Shown: piece by piece, positions 50,801 to 64,000 of the stretch | Layout: every line of letters begins with the position of its first letter | Numbering within the stretch: the stretch's first letter is position 1 | From: Octopus sinensis | Lineage: Eukaryota | Direction: 5' to 3' | DNA length: 64,000 nt | NCBI RefSeq assembly: GCF_006345805.1 | Contig: NC_043019.1 | Location: 26,411,360-26,475,359, forward strand | Position numbers and translations under genes: made by a program | The notes under the pieces: generated by a model | What the model saw: the letters and a program-made list of their open reading frames with translations, nothing else | Databases searched by the model: none | Told to the model about the DNA's origin: nothing

Positions 50801-53800
50801 AAGAGGCAGGGTTTGTCCCTCTTAACACCTGACATAAAACCACTGTTCCCTGCCTCTCAAATACTCCCAACCCTGCCCACTTAGCTGAGGGAGCCTTTTC
50901 CTTTTTTCCTGTTCTTTCTAGTATTACAAGTTACCCGAAGACCTCACTAGTGCTGTTGGCACGAAAAAAAAAAAACCCACTCGTTACAAGCTGGTAAGTG
51001 GTTGATGCTAGGATGGGCATCCAACAGTAGAAGCCAAGCCAAAGCTGACAATGGAGTTCAACATGGCCCTGTGGCTCATCAGGTCCCGTCAGACCATTCA
51101 ACCTATGTCAGTATGCAAGGTGAACATTAAATGATGATGGTGATGATGATATGTGTATAGTGCCGCCCCGACTGGCCTCTGTGCTGGTGGCACGTAAAAA
51201 GCACCATCCGATTGTGGCTGTTGCCAGCCTCGTCTGGCCCCCGTGCCGGTGGCACGTAAAAAGCACTATCCGATCATGGCCGTTTGCCAGCCTCATCTGG
51301 CACCTGTGCAGGTGGCACATAAAAAGCACCCACTACACTCTAGGAGTGGTTGGCGTTAGGAAGGGCATCCAGCTGTAGAAACACTGCCAGATCAGACTGG
51401 GCCTGGCGCAGCCTTCTGGCTTCCCAGACCCCAGTTGAACCATCCAACCCATGCTAGCATGGAAAACGGACGTTAAACGATGATGATGATGATATATATA
51501 TATAAAATGATGATCAAGATGATATATATCTATATAATATATATAATGGAGATGTACTTGCATAGCGAGTGACTTCATCTGAGATTGTGTGCTGGAACGA
51601 AAACAATTGCAGAGTGGAAGGTGTTTATAAGCCATTTAAGAAACACACAAAACCGTTAGATTCACTTCAACATTTAAATTTAATTTGTCAAAATATTTTC
51701 GGCGCTTTGAGACCGCAACCTGTTCACTGATAAAGCTTTGTGCTGCATCTGAGACAGTAACAGTAAGTTCATGATATATATGTACGTATGTATGTATGTA
51801 TGTATGTATGTATTTATGTATGCATTTATGTATGTATGTATGTGCGTATGTATGTACATACGCACATACACATACATTCACACGTACATACACATGTACA
51901 CACACACAGACACGTCTACAGACTCTCCTAAACACTCACATACATACGTAAGTACATAAGTACATACATACATGCGTATAGGCATGCGCACACACATGTA
52001 CTGAGGTTGTACATGTATTAATTCAAGAGAGTAAAATAGTGTATGTAAGCTAATAGGCTTGTGGATATTAAATCCATCTATTTATAGGCACAGGAGTGGC
52101 TGTGTGGTAAGTAGCTTACCAAACACATGGTTCCGGGTTCAGTCCTACTGCGTGGCACCTTGTAAATGGTTTACGGCACAAAAGAAAACACCTTAAATTT
52201 GCTAAAATAAATATTCGAGGAGGTTTATATGATCGGAAATATGTGTTTACATCCCCATAACTTAGTGGTTCAGCAAAAGTGACCAATAGAATAAGTACTA
52301 GGCTTACAAAGAATAAGTCCTGGGGTCGATTCGCTCGACTAAATCCAGTGCCCCAGCATAGCCACAGTCAAATGACTGAAAGAAGTAAAAGAATAACATC
52401 TAGCTACCAATCTAACTATATACCTATTTCTTTATTAGCCACAAGGGGCTAAACACAGAAGGGACAAACAAGGACAGACATAGGTATTAAGTCGATTACA
52501 TCGACCCCCAGTGCGTAACTGGTACTTAATTTATCGACCCCGAAAGGATGAAAGGCAAAGTCGACCTCGGAGGAATTTGAACTTAGAACACAGCGGCGGA
52601 CGAAATACTGCAAAGCATTTCACCCAGCGTTCTAACGATCCTGCCAGCTCGCCGCCTTAAATCTAACTATATACCTGTCTGTCTGTCCATCTATCCATCC
52701 ATCCATCCGGCTATCTATCTGTCTATCCATCTATCTAATCTGTATATCCATCTAGCTGTCTGTCTGTCCATATGTCTATCCACCAATCTATCCGTCTGTC
52801 TGTCTATCCATCTATCTGTCTATTTAATCTATCTGTCTGTTCGTCTGTCCATCCATCTATCCATCAGTCTATCTATCTGTTGAAAAAAAATTATCTTTCT
52901 ACTTGTTCTAATATATATATATATATATATTGAGACAACATATGTATGTGACTGTGTATATACAGAGAGCTGATGTACATATAGACGCCTTTGTATGTGT
53001 ATGAAGACACGCTATGAGAACATGTATGTGCTCTGAGGATCTACAAGTACATAAACATATACGTATCGATATCTTGTACTTATGTTACATGTGAAACCTC
53101 AGAACTAAACAAATGTCAGTGTGTGTATGTGCGTGTGTAAATATGAATCATGTAAAATATGGCACTATATGCAAGCATAGACGTGTATATTGAGATCTGT
53201 TATGTGTGTGTGTGAGAAAGACACGTATTTGCGTTAACATCATAAGACGTGCAATAACTGTGGAGACCTTTTTCAGTGTCTATTTCATCTATCTTCATCA
53301 CCATCACCATCATTTAACGTCCGTTTTCCATGCTGGCATGGGTTGGACACTTTGACTGAAAACTAGTAAGCTGGGGAGTGGCACCAGGGTCCAATCTGAT
53401 TTGGCATGGTTTCTACAGTTGGATGCCCTTCCTAATGCCAACCACTCCAAGAGTGTAGTGGATGCTTTTTACGCGCCACCAGCATGGGTGTCAGCTATGT
53501 GACACCAGCTTCGGCCACGACTACATTTTCACCTGGCTTGATAGGTCTTCTCAAGCATGGTATATCACCAAAGGTCTTGGTCACTTGTCACTGCTTCAAT
53601 GAGGCCCAAAGCCATTGCCTCCGTGATTGAGAACAAATAATTTTGTATGCTTTGAAGTATACTCAGATTATTGACAGAGTTTGTCTCCTGACCATACTTG
53701 ATGAGGAATTTGAGAGACAACAGACAAGTGTCTTGGTGTCAGGTCAGTTTGATTGTTTTTTGTGTGTGAATGTCCATTTTTGCTGTCCTCTTCTTAAAAT

Positions 53801-56572
53801 AATCTCCCTTTTGGCTTTTGTCAAACTGCTAAGTTACAGGGATGTAAACACACCAACACTGGTTGTTGTGCAATGGCAAGGGACAAACAGACATGAAGAC
53901 ACACACATATAACAGGCTTCTTTCAGTTTCTGTCTATCAAATTAGGAAGAGTCATGTTCACTGCTATAGGCAGTAGGAGAACTGTTAAAATGATGGCTGT
54001 TTTGTTGACAATGAAGCAAATAAATTTAATTAGATGGTGTGGTAATTAACTTTGTAGCAATGAAACAATAACGTGATCACCATCTATAATAACAAAAACA
54101 ATAGTAATAGCCACAGAAAATGAGATAAAAAAAAGGGCATGAGCCAACAAGGGAATCTCAATGTGATCGCTCCCCTGATTAGAAATAGCAGCCAAGTTCC
54201 CTCAAATTACTCCTACTCTCTTATAAATAGAGAGGTACATTTAATCTTAGGTATACAAAAAAACAGGTTCGTCACAGGTGGAATGTCTTTGATCAAAGGC
54301 CAGTTCAACCAGACCTATGATCAATAACATATCTTTCACCTAATTGCCAAGTTCTCACTCCCCAATGCTCCACAAGCACTGATACACAACTGAGCTGTAT
54401 CCTCTCTTTTTTTTTTTTTTAACTTCTACTATGTTGAGAATAACAAGCATCAAATAATTTTTAATGACCTACAAGAACTGTCCATGTCTCTAAGTCAAAG
54501 GACAGAATTGGCTCATTGAAAGCATGAAACATTGATCTGAAAGCATCAACTTAATGCCTAACTATTTGTGCTTAGTTTGGCTTGTGCCATGTCATTTCGT
54601 TGCTGGTGAGAAAATCATTTTCTGAGCCCATCACTTTATCTGAAATAAAATGATATCCATGATCAGGGGTCTCCTCCATCAAACCTAACCTAGAGCTAAA
54701 CCACAACTTCAGTCAGAAAGACCCCTCAATATACAAAGGACACTAAATCTTTTCATAGTAATTAATGATTTCCCCACATCAAACATAAAGGGTATTGTTA
54801 GCTACATTTCTTATTTTACCAAGTCCTGAGAGTGAGAGGCAAACCTGGCAGGATTTGAACTCAATACATAATTAAACTGTGCAAGGCATTTGGCTCTACA
54901 TTTAGCATTTAGCTCTACATTTTACCATGGACAATACATAATGAGACATAATTAAGCAGTATAAGAAATTTAGCTCTACAATCTGTCATTTCTGCTACTA
55001 TAGCACCCTCTCTAAAAGAATTAATTTTATCATTAACACTATCGCATGACTACAAACTTGATCTTTGAATGTATGTGTATCACATACTAAAAAATAGCAT
55101 CTATTAATTTCTGCCCCTAACCTAGACCTTCATTTAACAGCAGGGTTATTTTATATTTCAAAATTTCCATTGAGAAGAGGAAGATCAGTGTCTGTAGCCC
55201 CAAGACCAGGTTGTGGTGTTAAAGTGTGAGATGGATTAAGTTTAAGTCAAGTGGGCTTCCATGCAGTTTCCAACTACCATATTTTGCTCACAAAGCTTTG
55301 GGCAACCTGAGACAATGGGAAAAGACATATGCCCAAGGTGCCACATACAGAGATTGAACACAAGGCCATGTAATTATGAAGGGGGCTTCTTAACTACACA
55401 GCCATGCTAGAGCTAGTATCACTCACAAGATACAAACTACTAATTTCTCTCTGTTCCTTTGTCCATTAACCGATCAGCCATTTGGTCGTCCATATTCTCT
55501 TATATATTTGTTAATGACCCTTAACAGTGCGTAAGCCAAGTACAAGCATGTGTTGTGATGTTCATGCCTATCTGATGTTAATAAAGCAACAAAAGATGAA
55601 ATGGAACAAAATGAGAATCAAAAACTGGGTGATTCATAAATTCAACTCATTAAGAGTTCATTTGTTTTCTTCTTATTTACTATTCGAAAGGTGGTGAGCT
55701 GGCAGAAATGTTAGCACACCTGGCAGAGTGCTTTGCAGTATTTCGTCTGTCTTTACGTTCTGAGTTCAAATTCTGCCGAGGTTGACTCTGCCTTTCATCC
55801 TTTCGGGGTCAATAAGTTAAGTACCAGTTGCGTACTGGGTTTGGTCTAATCGACTGGCCCCCTCTCCAAAACTTTCAGGCTTTGTGCTTAGAGTAGAAAA
55901 GAATATTTACTATCCAAATACGAAGAAAACATTACAAATGCAAAATATAAACTAATGAAGACTAATTAAAGAACTTTTAAAACATTGCTACAATGGGTGG
56001 GAATTAGGAGGAGGGGTAATTGGTCAAATCAATGCCCTTGTATATTACTGGTATCTATTTTAATGACCAATGCATCAAGCTATATTTAGTTTTCTCCCTT
56101 TAAGTTCTGACTACAAACTCAGGCATACTTCACTGACCCCTTCAAGTTTCTCGGTTCTTAAGAACTGAGGATACAGGTAGGGCTGAGGAGATTTAAGAAG
56201 TTTGTTTCACAATTAGAAGATCCACGATTTGATCCCTCTTATTTTTTTCATCTTTTAATCAAGGAAAAGGGGCATAATCCTTTTACGGGGTCTCTATGAC
56301 AAGTGGGAAAAAGAGAGGGAGAGGAAGGAAGGCATCAACAAATTGGAGACTTGGCCTGAATGAGAGCAACGGAGCAGATGCATGCTGTAGTGGTTAAAGT
56401 GTTGCATTCGTGATTGTAAGATTGTGGTTTCAATTCCTGGACCAGGTAATGATTGTGTTCTTGAGTGAAACACTTCATTTCAAGTTGCTCCAGTCCACTC
56501 AGCTGGCAAAAATGGGTGAGCCTGCAATGGACTGGCGATCCATCCAGGGATCAATATTTACACCACAGAGGC

Positions 56573-57165
56573 GAACTGGCAGAATCTTTAGCACATCGGG
56601 TGAAATGCTTAGTGGTATTTTGTCTGCCGTTATGTTCAGAGTTCAAATTCTGCCTAGGTCGACTTTGCCTTTCATCCTTTTGGGGTTGATTAAATAAGTA
56701 CCAGTTATGCACTGGGGTCGATATAATCGACTTAATCCATTTGTCTGTCCTTGTTTGTCCTCTCTGTGTTTAGCCCCTTGTGGGTAGTAAAGAAATAGGT
56801 ATTTCATCTGCCATTATGTTCAGAGTTCAAATTCCATTGAGGTCGACTTTGCCTTTCATCCTTGCAGGGTCATTTAAATAAGTACCAGTTATGCACTGGG
56901 GTCGATATAATCGACTTAATCCATTTGTCTGTCCTTGTTTGTCCTCTCTGTGTTTAGCCCCTTGTGGGTAGTAAAGAAATAGGTATTTCATCTGCCATTA
57001 TGTTCAGAGTTCAAATTCCATTGAGGTCGACTTTGCCTTTCATCCTTGCAGGGTCATTTAAATAAGTACCAGTTAAACACTATAGTCAATATAATTGACT
57101 TAACCCCTTTATCTGTCCTAGTTTGTCCCCTCTCTGTTTAGCCCCCTGTGGACAACAAGGAAATA
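56573..57165 (+). mobile_element. S2 SINE trimer containing an exact 184-bp tandem duplication
   Basis: TAAATAAGTACCAGTTA recurs at 56691, 56875 and 57059. Confidence 0.88.
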
Positions 57166-58018
57166 AATATTTACATCACAGAACCCAGGAAATTAGCCCT
57201 GTGATCTCTATGATTCAGGAAGGAGTTTTCTTATCCTTATCCAACCAGGTAGACACTATTAACCTTTTAGTAATAAGATTTTCACTCTGTCAAATCTTAT
57301 GCTAATTTATCTTCTATCTTTTACCTGTTTCATCATTAAACTGTGGCCATACTGGAGCACCACCCTGGAGCACCACCTTGAACAATTACCTTTTAGTCGG
57401 ATAAATCGCCCCCAAGGCTTTATTTTTTAAAACCTGGTATTTATGCTCTCTCTCTTTTGTCTTTTGTCAAACTGCTAAGTTACAGGGATGTAAACACACC
57501 AACAGCAGTTGTTATGTGATGGCAGGGCACAAACAGACATGAAGACACACACACACATATGACAGGCTTCTTTCAGTTTCTGTCTATCAAACCAACTCAC
57601 AAGGCTTTCGTTGGCTCAAGGCTTTCACAGAAGAAACTTGCCCAAGATGCCACACAGAGGGACTGAACCCGGAACCATGTGGTTGGGGAAGGAAGCTTCT
57701 TACCACACAGCCATGCCTATCTCATAGCCTTGAGATTTTGATGATGTAACAGTTGATTTTTAGAATGACATTGTAGGGTAGGAGTGAGAGGCCTGATCAG
57801 GCCAGTTTGGACACAAAACAGGAAGAATATTTTGAGCCAGATATGGCCAGTTTAAATGCTGCCGGGTTAAAGGGACCCAAGTTGTCAGATGATGGTGTTA
57901 AACTGGATGAGGGATTAAGTCAACCACCCAGGTGGGCCACTGTGAGATTTGAACTCAGAATGCTGAGAGCTAGAATGAATACCACAAGGTATCCATCCAA
58001 TATTCTAATATTTCTACC

Positions 58019-58405
58019 GGAGGCGCAATGGCCCAGTGGTTAGGGCAGCGGACTCGCGGTCATAGGATCACGGTTTCGATTCCCAGACCGGGCGTTGTGA
58101 GTATTTATTGAACGAAAACACCTAAAAGCTCCACGAGGCTCCGGCAGGGGATGGTGGTGATCCCTGCTGTACTCTTTCACCACAACTTTCTCTCACTCTT
58201 ACTTCCTGTTTCTGTTGTACCTGTATTTCAAGGGGCCGGCCTTGTCACTCTCTGTGTCACGCTGAATATCCCCGAGAACTACGTTAAGGGTGCACGTGTC
58301 TGTGGAGTGCTCAGCCACTTACACGTTAATTTCATGAGCAGGCTGTTCCGTTGATTCAGATCAACCGGAACTCTCATCGTCGTAACCGACGGAGTGCTTC
58401 CATCC
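58019..58405 (+). mobile_element. Full-length S3 tRNA-derived SINE with TSD, nested in an older SINE; another copy at 63678-64000 runs off the window
   Basis: A box TGGCCCAGTGG, B-box variant GTTTCGATTCC, TSD ATTTCTACC at 58010-58018 and 58406-58414. Confidence 0.9.
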
Positions 58406-59351
58406 ATTTCTACCATCCACCACCCTAAACTGTTACTTTATTTATTAACCTCAGAAGAATGGAAAACAAAACTGACTTTGGTAGGATTTGAACTCACAAT
58501 GCAAAGAGACAGAACAAATACAAGCAAATCCAATCCAGTACTCTAACATTTCCACTGGTCCACTGTCCTAAGACATTATTTCTTTTACTGACCTCCACAG
58601 GAGAATAAAAGACACACTCAAGCTAGGCAGGATTTGAACCTGAAACACAATGTACTGGAATGAATTACAACACAGCATTTTGTCTGACACCCTAATGACT
58701 CAGCCAGTTATTCAGTCATACAAAGGGGAATCCTGAGTATGTGTCTTTTATCATAGTCATGTAAGAAAAATAGAGGAGATGGAAACTGTGTGGAAGTTTG
58801 TGAAAAGGACTGTAGAGGGAATTCATGTCATATTGCTTTGGTGCTGGAGAATTATGTAAGGGATACATGTGCCTGAGGTATACTCAGTCACTTATCCATT
58901 TACACGCGCATTTAGCGAGGGGGTAGCTGAGCCACTGAATGCTTATCATTGAATCTGACAGGGACTTCATCATCATCACCATCACCACCAGCATCATCAT
59001 CATCATCATCAACAACAGCAGCAGCAATAGCAGCAGCAACACCACTTCCTTCACATCACGGTAAGTCAACGAAACCTTCGTCCATTATATAGTGTTCCCC
59101 CTGTTGCTCAGATGTGTATTAAATTGACATTGGGTTCTGAAACCTGATCATTAAGATCTAGGACGGTGGAACAGGGAAGGGGACACACATCGTTACACTT
59201 CTGTTGACATCCAGACACCTCTCTTGTTGATATTTAGTCCCAGGCGCTGCAGATCTATGATCAAAAGTGCTTCAAACGTGACCATCCCATTTTTTTTTCA
59301 CAGACATAATCTATGTAAGATTACATTTTGTATTTTTTTTTACAGTGTGAC

Positions 59352-59794
59352 CAGCGCTGGAATAACCATTAAGCAAAATCAAGCACGTGCTTAGGGCAGC
59401 AAGGGAAAGCGGGGGGGGGGGGGAGCAGGGAGGTACCACAAAAATTGTAAATGGTTTACGGCACAAAAGAAAACACTTTAAACTTGCTAAAATAAATATT
59501 CGAGGAGGTTTATATGATCGGAAATATACTTCGAAGTGTTCATGGCGTTATAGTCAGGATCTGATCAAAGACTTTGCAATTAAAAAAAAAAATAGGTAAC
59601 TGATGAAATATAAAATGGAAGTACGCAAAAAACAAACATTTATTTTGCATCTTACAGTTAAGTTTTATTTCATTTTGAAATGTAAAAATTTATTTTGTGG
59701 TTTATTATTGTTTATATTTTGAATTATATTTATACGGGGGGGCACCAAAATCTTTTAAGTGCTTAGGGCTTCTATGGGTTTCAATCCGTCCCTC
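59352..59794. mobile_element. hAT-derived non-autonomous element
   Basis: Degenerate TIRs CAGCGCTGGAAT / AATCCGTCCCTC, subterminal GTGCTTAGGGC twice, internal DLIKDFAIKKKNR* resembling an hAT transposase C-terminus. Confidence 0.6.
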
Positions 59795-60313
59795 TTTGTG
59801 TATGACTTAAGAGATTTGGCTGTTATTTCTAGCGGGTCGTGTGATTACGTAGAGCAAGAGCGTGAAACCCCATGTCCGTATTTAAATCTTAAATTCTATA
59901 GAAAACAAGTCATTAAAGGAGACAAAACGGTTTCAACCTCAAGGCCAAAACAGTGAGTCGCCTATTTATGGATTTATAAAATCATTTTTCTAGGTACACA
60001 TGCACCCCACAGGTTCTTCTGCCCTTCTGATTCGTCCTTAGTGCTAAAAAAAAAAAAGGGATCTCCAATCTTAATTGTAAGTACTCTCATGCTAGCTCGT
60101 TAACCCTTGCTCGTCTCTACAACCTGCGCCTCTTGCTTAATTCTGAATAGCCATTTTAAATATACAAGAATTATGCGCGTACGTATGTATGTATGTGTCT
60201 ATATCTGTGCATGTGTGTGTGTATATATCTGGGTGTATATGTGTGTGCGGTGTGTTTATGTATTGATATATTTACATATGATGTATAAAGTTTTAAAAAA
60301 GAAATCAAATTAC

Positions 60314-60403
60314 CCAGCGTGTAATCGATGATGTTTGCCCATCTTGCAATGGTGTGTTATTCGTCCGACATCCACTTCTTCGTCGTTTCTTTCGCCGAGG
60401 CAT
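60314..60403 (-). CDS. TOR1AIP-like: Predicted first coding exon of the TOR1AIP-like gene: MPRRKKRRRSGCRTNNTPLQDGQTSSITRW (exon 60532-60314 including 5' UTR)
   Basis: ATG with A at -3 and an upstream in-frame TGA. Phase-0 donor TGG|GTAATT matches the phase-0 acceptor at 45374. Upstream acceptor ttttctttcgttatttatag|C at 60532. Locally CpG-rich; basic NLS-like cluster. Confidence 0.62.
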
Positions 60404-60863
60404 AATCCTTATTAAATGTCCTTTCCGTTTAAATTTCTTTGTTTTCTTTCAGTTTTCAATGGCCCAAATCTAATTCATTCTTCTCAAAGACAAATTCAAT
60501 TAACTTAAGGGGCGAATTCTTCCGATATATCGCTATAAATAACGAAAGAAAATATACCATTTCTGTAAAAATTCCATATAACAATTCTTTGCCAACCGTT
60601 TTTTGGTTATGTGTGTGTGTGTGTGTATGTGTGTATCCATGAATGTGTATGTGTATGTGTGTATCTATGTGTGCGTGTTTGTGTTTGGAAGTGTCAACGA
60701 CAGACGCTAATTGTCAAAGGTTAAAACGAGGCTGATTAATTTAAAGAGCCAAGTTGTGATGATCTTGACTGTGCAGAGCTGGTCTCAGTATTTAAGAGGG
60801 CATTTCTTCGATAAAATTATTTTTTTTTAAAATGAGGGCCATGCTTGGAAATTCACAGCTCAC

Positions 60864-60950
60864 CTCTCTTCAAACAATACGAACTTATCTTATTTAACGA
60901 ATTTTATATTTGTGTTCTTTCCATCGGTGATCGATAAAGACTACACACTT
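60864..60950 (-). other. Probable non-coding first exon of the TOR1AIP-like gene (5' boundary unknown)
   Basis: Strong donor GAG|GTGAGC at 60864/60863 giving a 331-bp intron to the 60532 acceptor. Confidence 0.4.
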
Positions 60951-61842
60951 GACTGGGTTCACGTGTTCCTAAATGGTTGAGACAGATTCTGGCGTGGAAA
61001 TAAAGAATAAAGACCACATGTGAGGCATCGTGTGGTCTGTGGTTTCATTTGAGGCGCCTGTTGACCAGGCTTTGCGGAATTCAAGTATGGTCTCTGCTGC
61101 CTGAATGAGGATTTTGCGCCTTTGCTGATGGGGTACGTCATAAGGGGTTTGTTATGCGCAAGCTGTTCTCAGGATTCTGTGTCAACCCATGTTCATTGCT
61201 TTCAATGTTAATATCAGGCTCACCAGGTGACCCCCTTTTTTTTTTTGACTGCAACAGTAGAAACTCGTCATAAAGGAGTTGCTTTGGTAAGTCTATAATT
61301 ATTCATCCGAACGCCATGGCTGATCAAACAATCTTGGTTTTCCGTAACAGAATATATATTGGCGGGAATTACAACAGTTGGAGTTTTTCTCTCATGCACA
61401 TACTATACCCAGTTTAATAGAATCACAACAAGGAAAGAAGGACTGGTGCCACAGACAATGAGATTCCAATTCCATTTTCCATCACAGGACACAGACTTAT
61501 TGTTTTACTCTTTTACTTGTTTCAATCCGAAAGCTGCAGCCAGGGTTTGTCATTCAGCTTTTAGATCCAGCTCTAATGAGTCGATCTATGATCAAAAACA
61601 TTCTAACTTGGATAATCTCGCATTTTCTTTTTAAATAAAACAAAAACTATCTAAAAAATTCGCTTTTAAATTAAATCGCAGCCGACCATCTTGGGCAAGG
61701 CGCGGACACATTCTGGACACCCTGCTTATCTAAGCATATTAAGCTTATCTAGATATTAGAGTTGAAATAACTTTAACCATGGGTCTGTTCAATCAGATTT
61801 GCTTGGATCTAAACAACCTACCTTTGTTAGAAGTGAAAGCCT

Positions 61843-61904
<62 letters not shown>

Positions 61905-62733
61905 CAACAACTGAGTGGAGGTTTTGTTTCGCTCTTACTTCTAGCGAACCAACACTAATAATAATAATAATAATAATAAAAACTGAGGGGAGGTTTTGTT
62001 TCGCTCTTATTTCTAGCAAGTCGAACCAACACGTATTTTTCGCCGGTGATCACTAGCAGTTTGCTTTTTGATTCTCGTGTTTTGTTTTCGATTTTATTTT
62101 CCTAAACTTAATGTGTTATAACAGTGTTTTCTCTCTGATGTACGGCCTATAATGCAGAGATTTGCTCCAAAATTATATTTCAAATACCAACCCATGCATG
62201 ATTGAACTTACCGTAATTTCTTTGGTCAAACCTTACTTTCCTTATGTTCAATGTTCACTATTTTCTTTCTTCTAATAAAATTCTGAGCTTCAAACAGTTT
62301 GGAGAGTCAGAGATGGTCTAAGTTACTATTTACTGCTTGTAAGTAATGAAATAGGAAAAGCCATTCATTGTAACATATTCTGACTCCTGGGAATAAGTCA
62401 TTTTTAATTCTGGAATCCAGGGATAAGCAAAATGTCTTGAAACTACAGTACCTACCTATTTGTCATTTAAAACTGATAATCCTCTCTACTGAAATTTTGG
62501 GTGAGGGGGCTGGTTGATTACGTCAACCCAAATGCTTGACTGATATTTAATCCGAAAGGAGGAAAGGCAAAGGCAATCTCAGCGGAATTTGAACTCAGAA
62601 CGTAAGGGCAACCGAAATGCCGCTAAGCCCGGCGTGCTAACGATTCTGCTAACTCGCCGCTTTATTTGAGAGTGTTAAGACCTAGTTACATCGCTCACCC
62701 GCTGGTTAAATCGCACAGAGCGAGGTTTTAGAT

Positions 62734-62907
62734 CAGTGTTCCGCACCCTTTTTTCACTTGTGGTATACTTATATCCTTTTCAGAATTCGGCAGCAGATCT
62801 GAAATAAAATTAGAACTAAAAGTATAGGGAAAAAAATTATATGCGGCACATCTAGCATCGTCTCGTGGCACACCAATGTGCCGCGACATACCGGTTGCGG
62901 AGCACTG
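62734..62907. mobile_element. Charlie-like hAT MITE
   Basis: TIR CAGTGTTCCGCA / TGCGGAGCACTG; flanks TTTTAGAT and GTTTAGAC (NTYTAGAN-like 8-bp target). Confidence 0.75.
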
Positions 62908-63019
62908 GTTTAGACTGAGCTATAACGTGGCTGTTGGTTAATTTGTGTTGGTGTTGTCCACTTCTTAACGACTTCAATATTTCAAGTTTATCTTTTTTTC
63001 TAAGAATTTAAGTCTTTGA

Positions 63020-63176
63020 CAGGGACAGACCGAGCCGTCAGTCAATCGGGCACTACCCGAAGGCCCGGAACTCTGAGGGGCCTGCACTCTACAAATTAAC
63101 TCCTAAAACACACATTCAAAAGGGCCCGGGTAAACAGTTATGCCCGAGGGCCCTTAATAGTCTCAGTCCGCCCCTG
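63020..63176. mobile_element. hAT MITE with perfect 8-bp TSD
   Basis: CAGGGACAGAC..GTCCGCCCCTG; TSD GTCTTTGA at 63012-63019 and 63177-63184. Confidence 0.85.
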
Positions 63177-64000
63177 GTCTTTGATGTACATCACACACAC
63201 ACACAAACACTGGTAGCCTAAAGAAGCCCCTGTTTTTACAACCAAATATATGAAGTTTATTGAATAACTAAAAAAGGAACTCTTGGAAGTTATTATCCGG
63301 CAATGTTTCATCTGTAGTATCACAACCACCCTTTTAACTATCGGCTGATTTATCGACGTCCTCGCCAGTTTGTGAGGAAAATTTTGCTTACATTTCGTTC
63401 ATCACCTTTTAAATTTTTGTATGACTGTTGTAATCTTTTACATTGTTCACCTGTTCATCTCTTATTTCCATAGATCCATTTGTGTTGTTTCACCAATTCC
63501 TATCATGTTTAGATTTCATGGAATTTATCCCTTCGTTGATTCTTTGCATGCGGCAGATTTGTGGGTGTATATATATTTGTATGTGTGCGCGCGCATACAT
63601 TCACACACCTACGCGCAGACATACATATATATTCAAAGTGCCTGTATGCTGGTGTGTAGGTGTGTATGTGAGAAAGTGGAGGCGCAATGGCCCAGTGGTT
63701 AGGACAGCGGACTCGCGGTCGTAGGATCGCGGTTTAGATTCCCAGACCGGGCGTTGTGAGTGTTTATTGAGCGAAAATACCTAAAGCTACACGAGGCTCC
63801 GGCAGGGATGGTGGTGATCCCTGCTGTACTCTTTCACCACAACTTTCTCTCATTCTTACTTCCTGTTTCTGTTGTACCTGTATTTCAAAGAGCCGACCTT
63901 GTCACTCTCTGTGTCACGCTGAATATCCCCGAGAACTACGATAAGGGTACACGTGTCAGTGGAGTGCTCAGCCACTTACACGTTAATTTCACGAGCAGGC

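Noticed and set aside
58019-58095. tRNA-like heads at 17158, 58019 and 63678
   Set aside because: No complete acceptor stem or canonical anticodon arm; they continue into a SINE body with TSDs, so they are not tRNA genes.
58953-59060. Possible plus-strand exon ending CACG|GTAAGT
   Set aside because: Content is (CAT)n/(CAG)n simple repeat with no recognisable protein or partner exon.

Overview
AT-rich, microsatellite-dense animal genomic DNA with one 100-N gap (4752-4851). The repeat families look like those of octopus/coleoid cephalopods; this is recognition from memory, not a database result. I can support one host protein-coding gene, on the minus strand: a Torsin-activator (LAP1/LULL1, TOR1AIP-family) membrane protein. 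Its large last exon (45374-44319) encodes a TM helix and an AAA+-like luminal domain with the arginine finger intact. A phase-compatible upstream coding exon (60403-60314, MPRRKKRRR...) is absent from the ORF track, and a probable non-coding exon ends at 60864. The rest is mostly transposon relics: mariner DD34D, pogo/Tigger-, hAT- and TTAA-type MITEs, CR1, RTE, R4/Dong and Penelope fragments, an internally deleted Ty3/Gypsy element, Helitron-like elements, several tRNA-derived SINE families and simple repeats. The most notable signal is two related families of short TA-flanked elements carrying minimal type I hammerhead-ribozyme folds, with covarying stems and variant cores (retrozyme/Penelope-like). 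Also notable are a long hairpin in the putative 3' UTR of the gene, a frame-cycling CAC minisatellite, near-perfect foldbacks and an 83-bp templated insertion. Almost all other ORFs in the track are readings of microsatellites.
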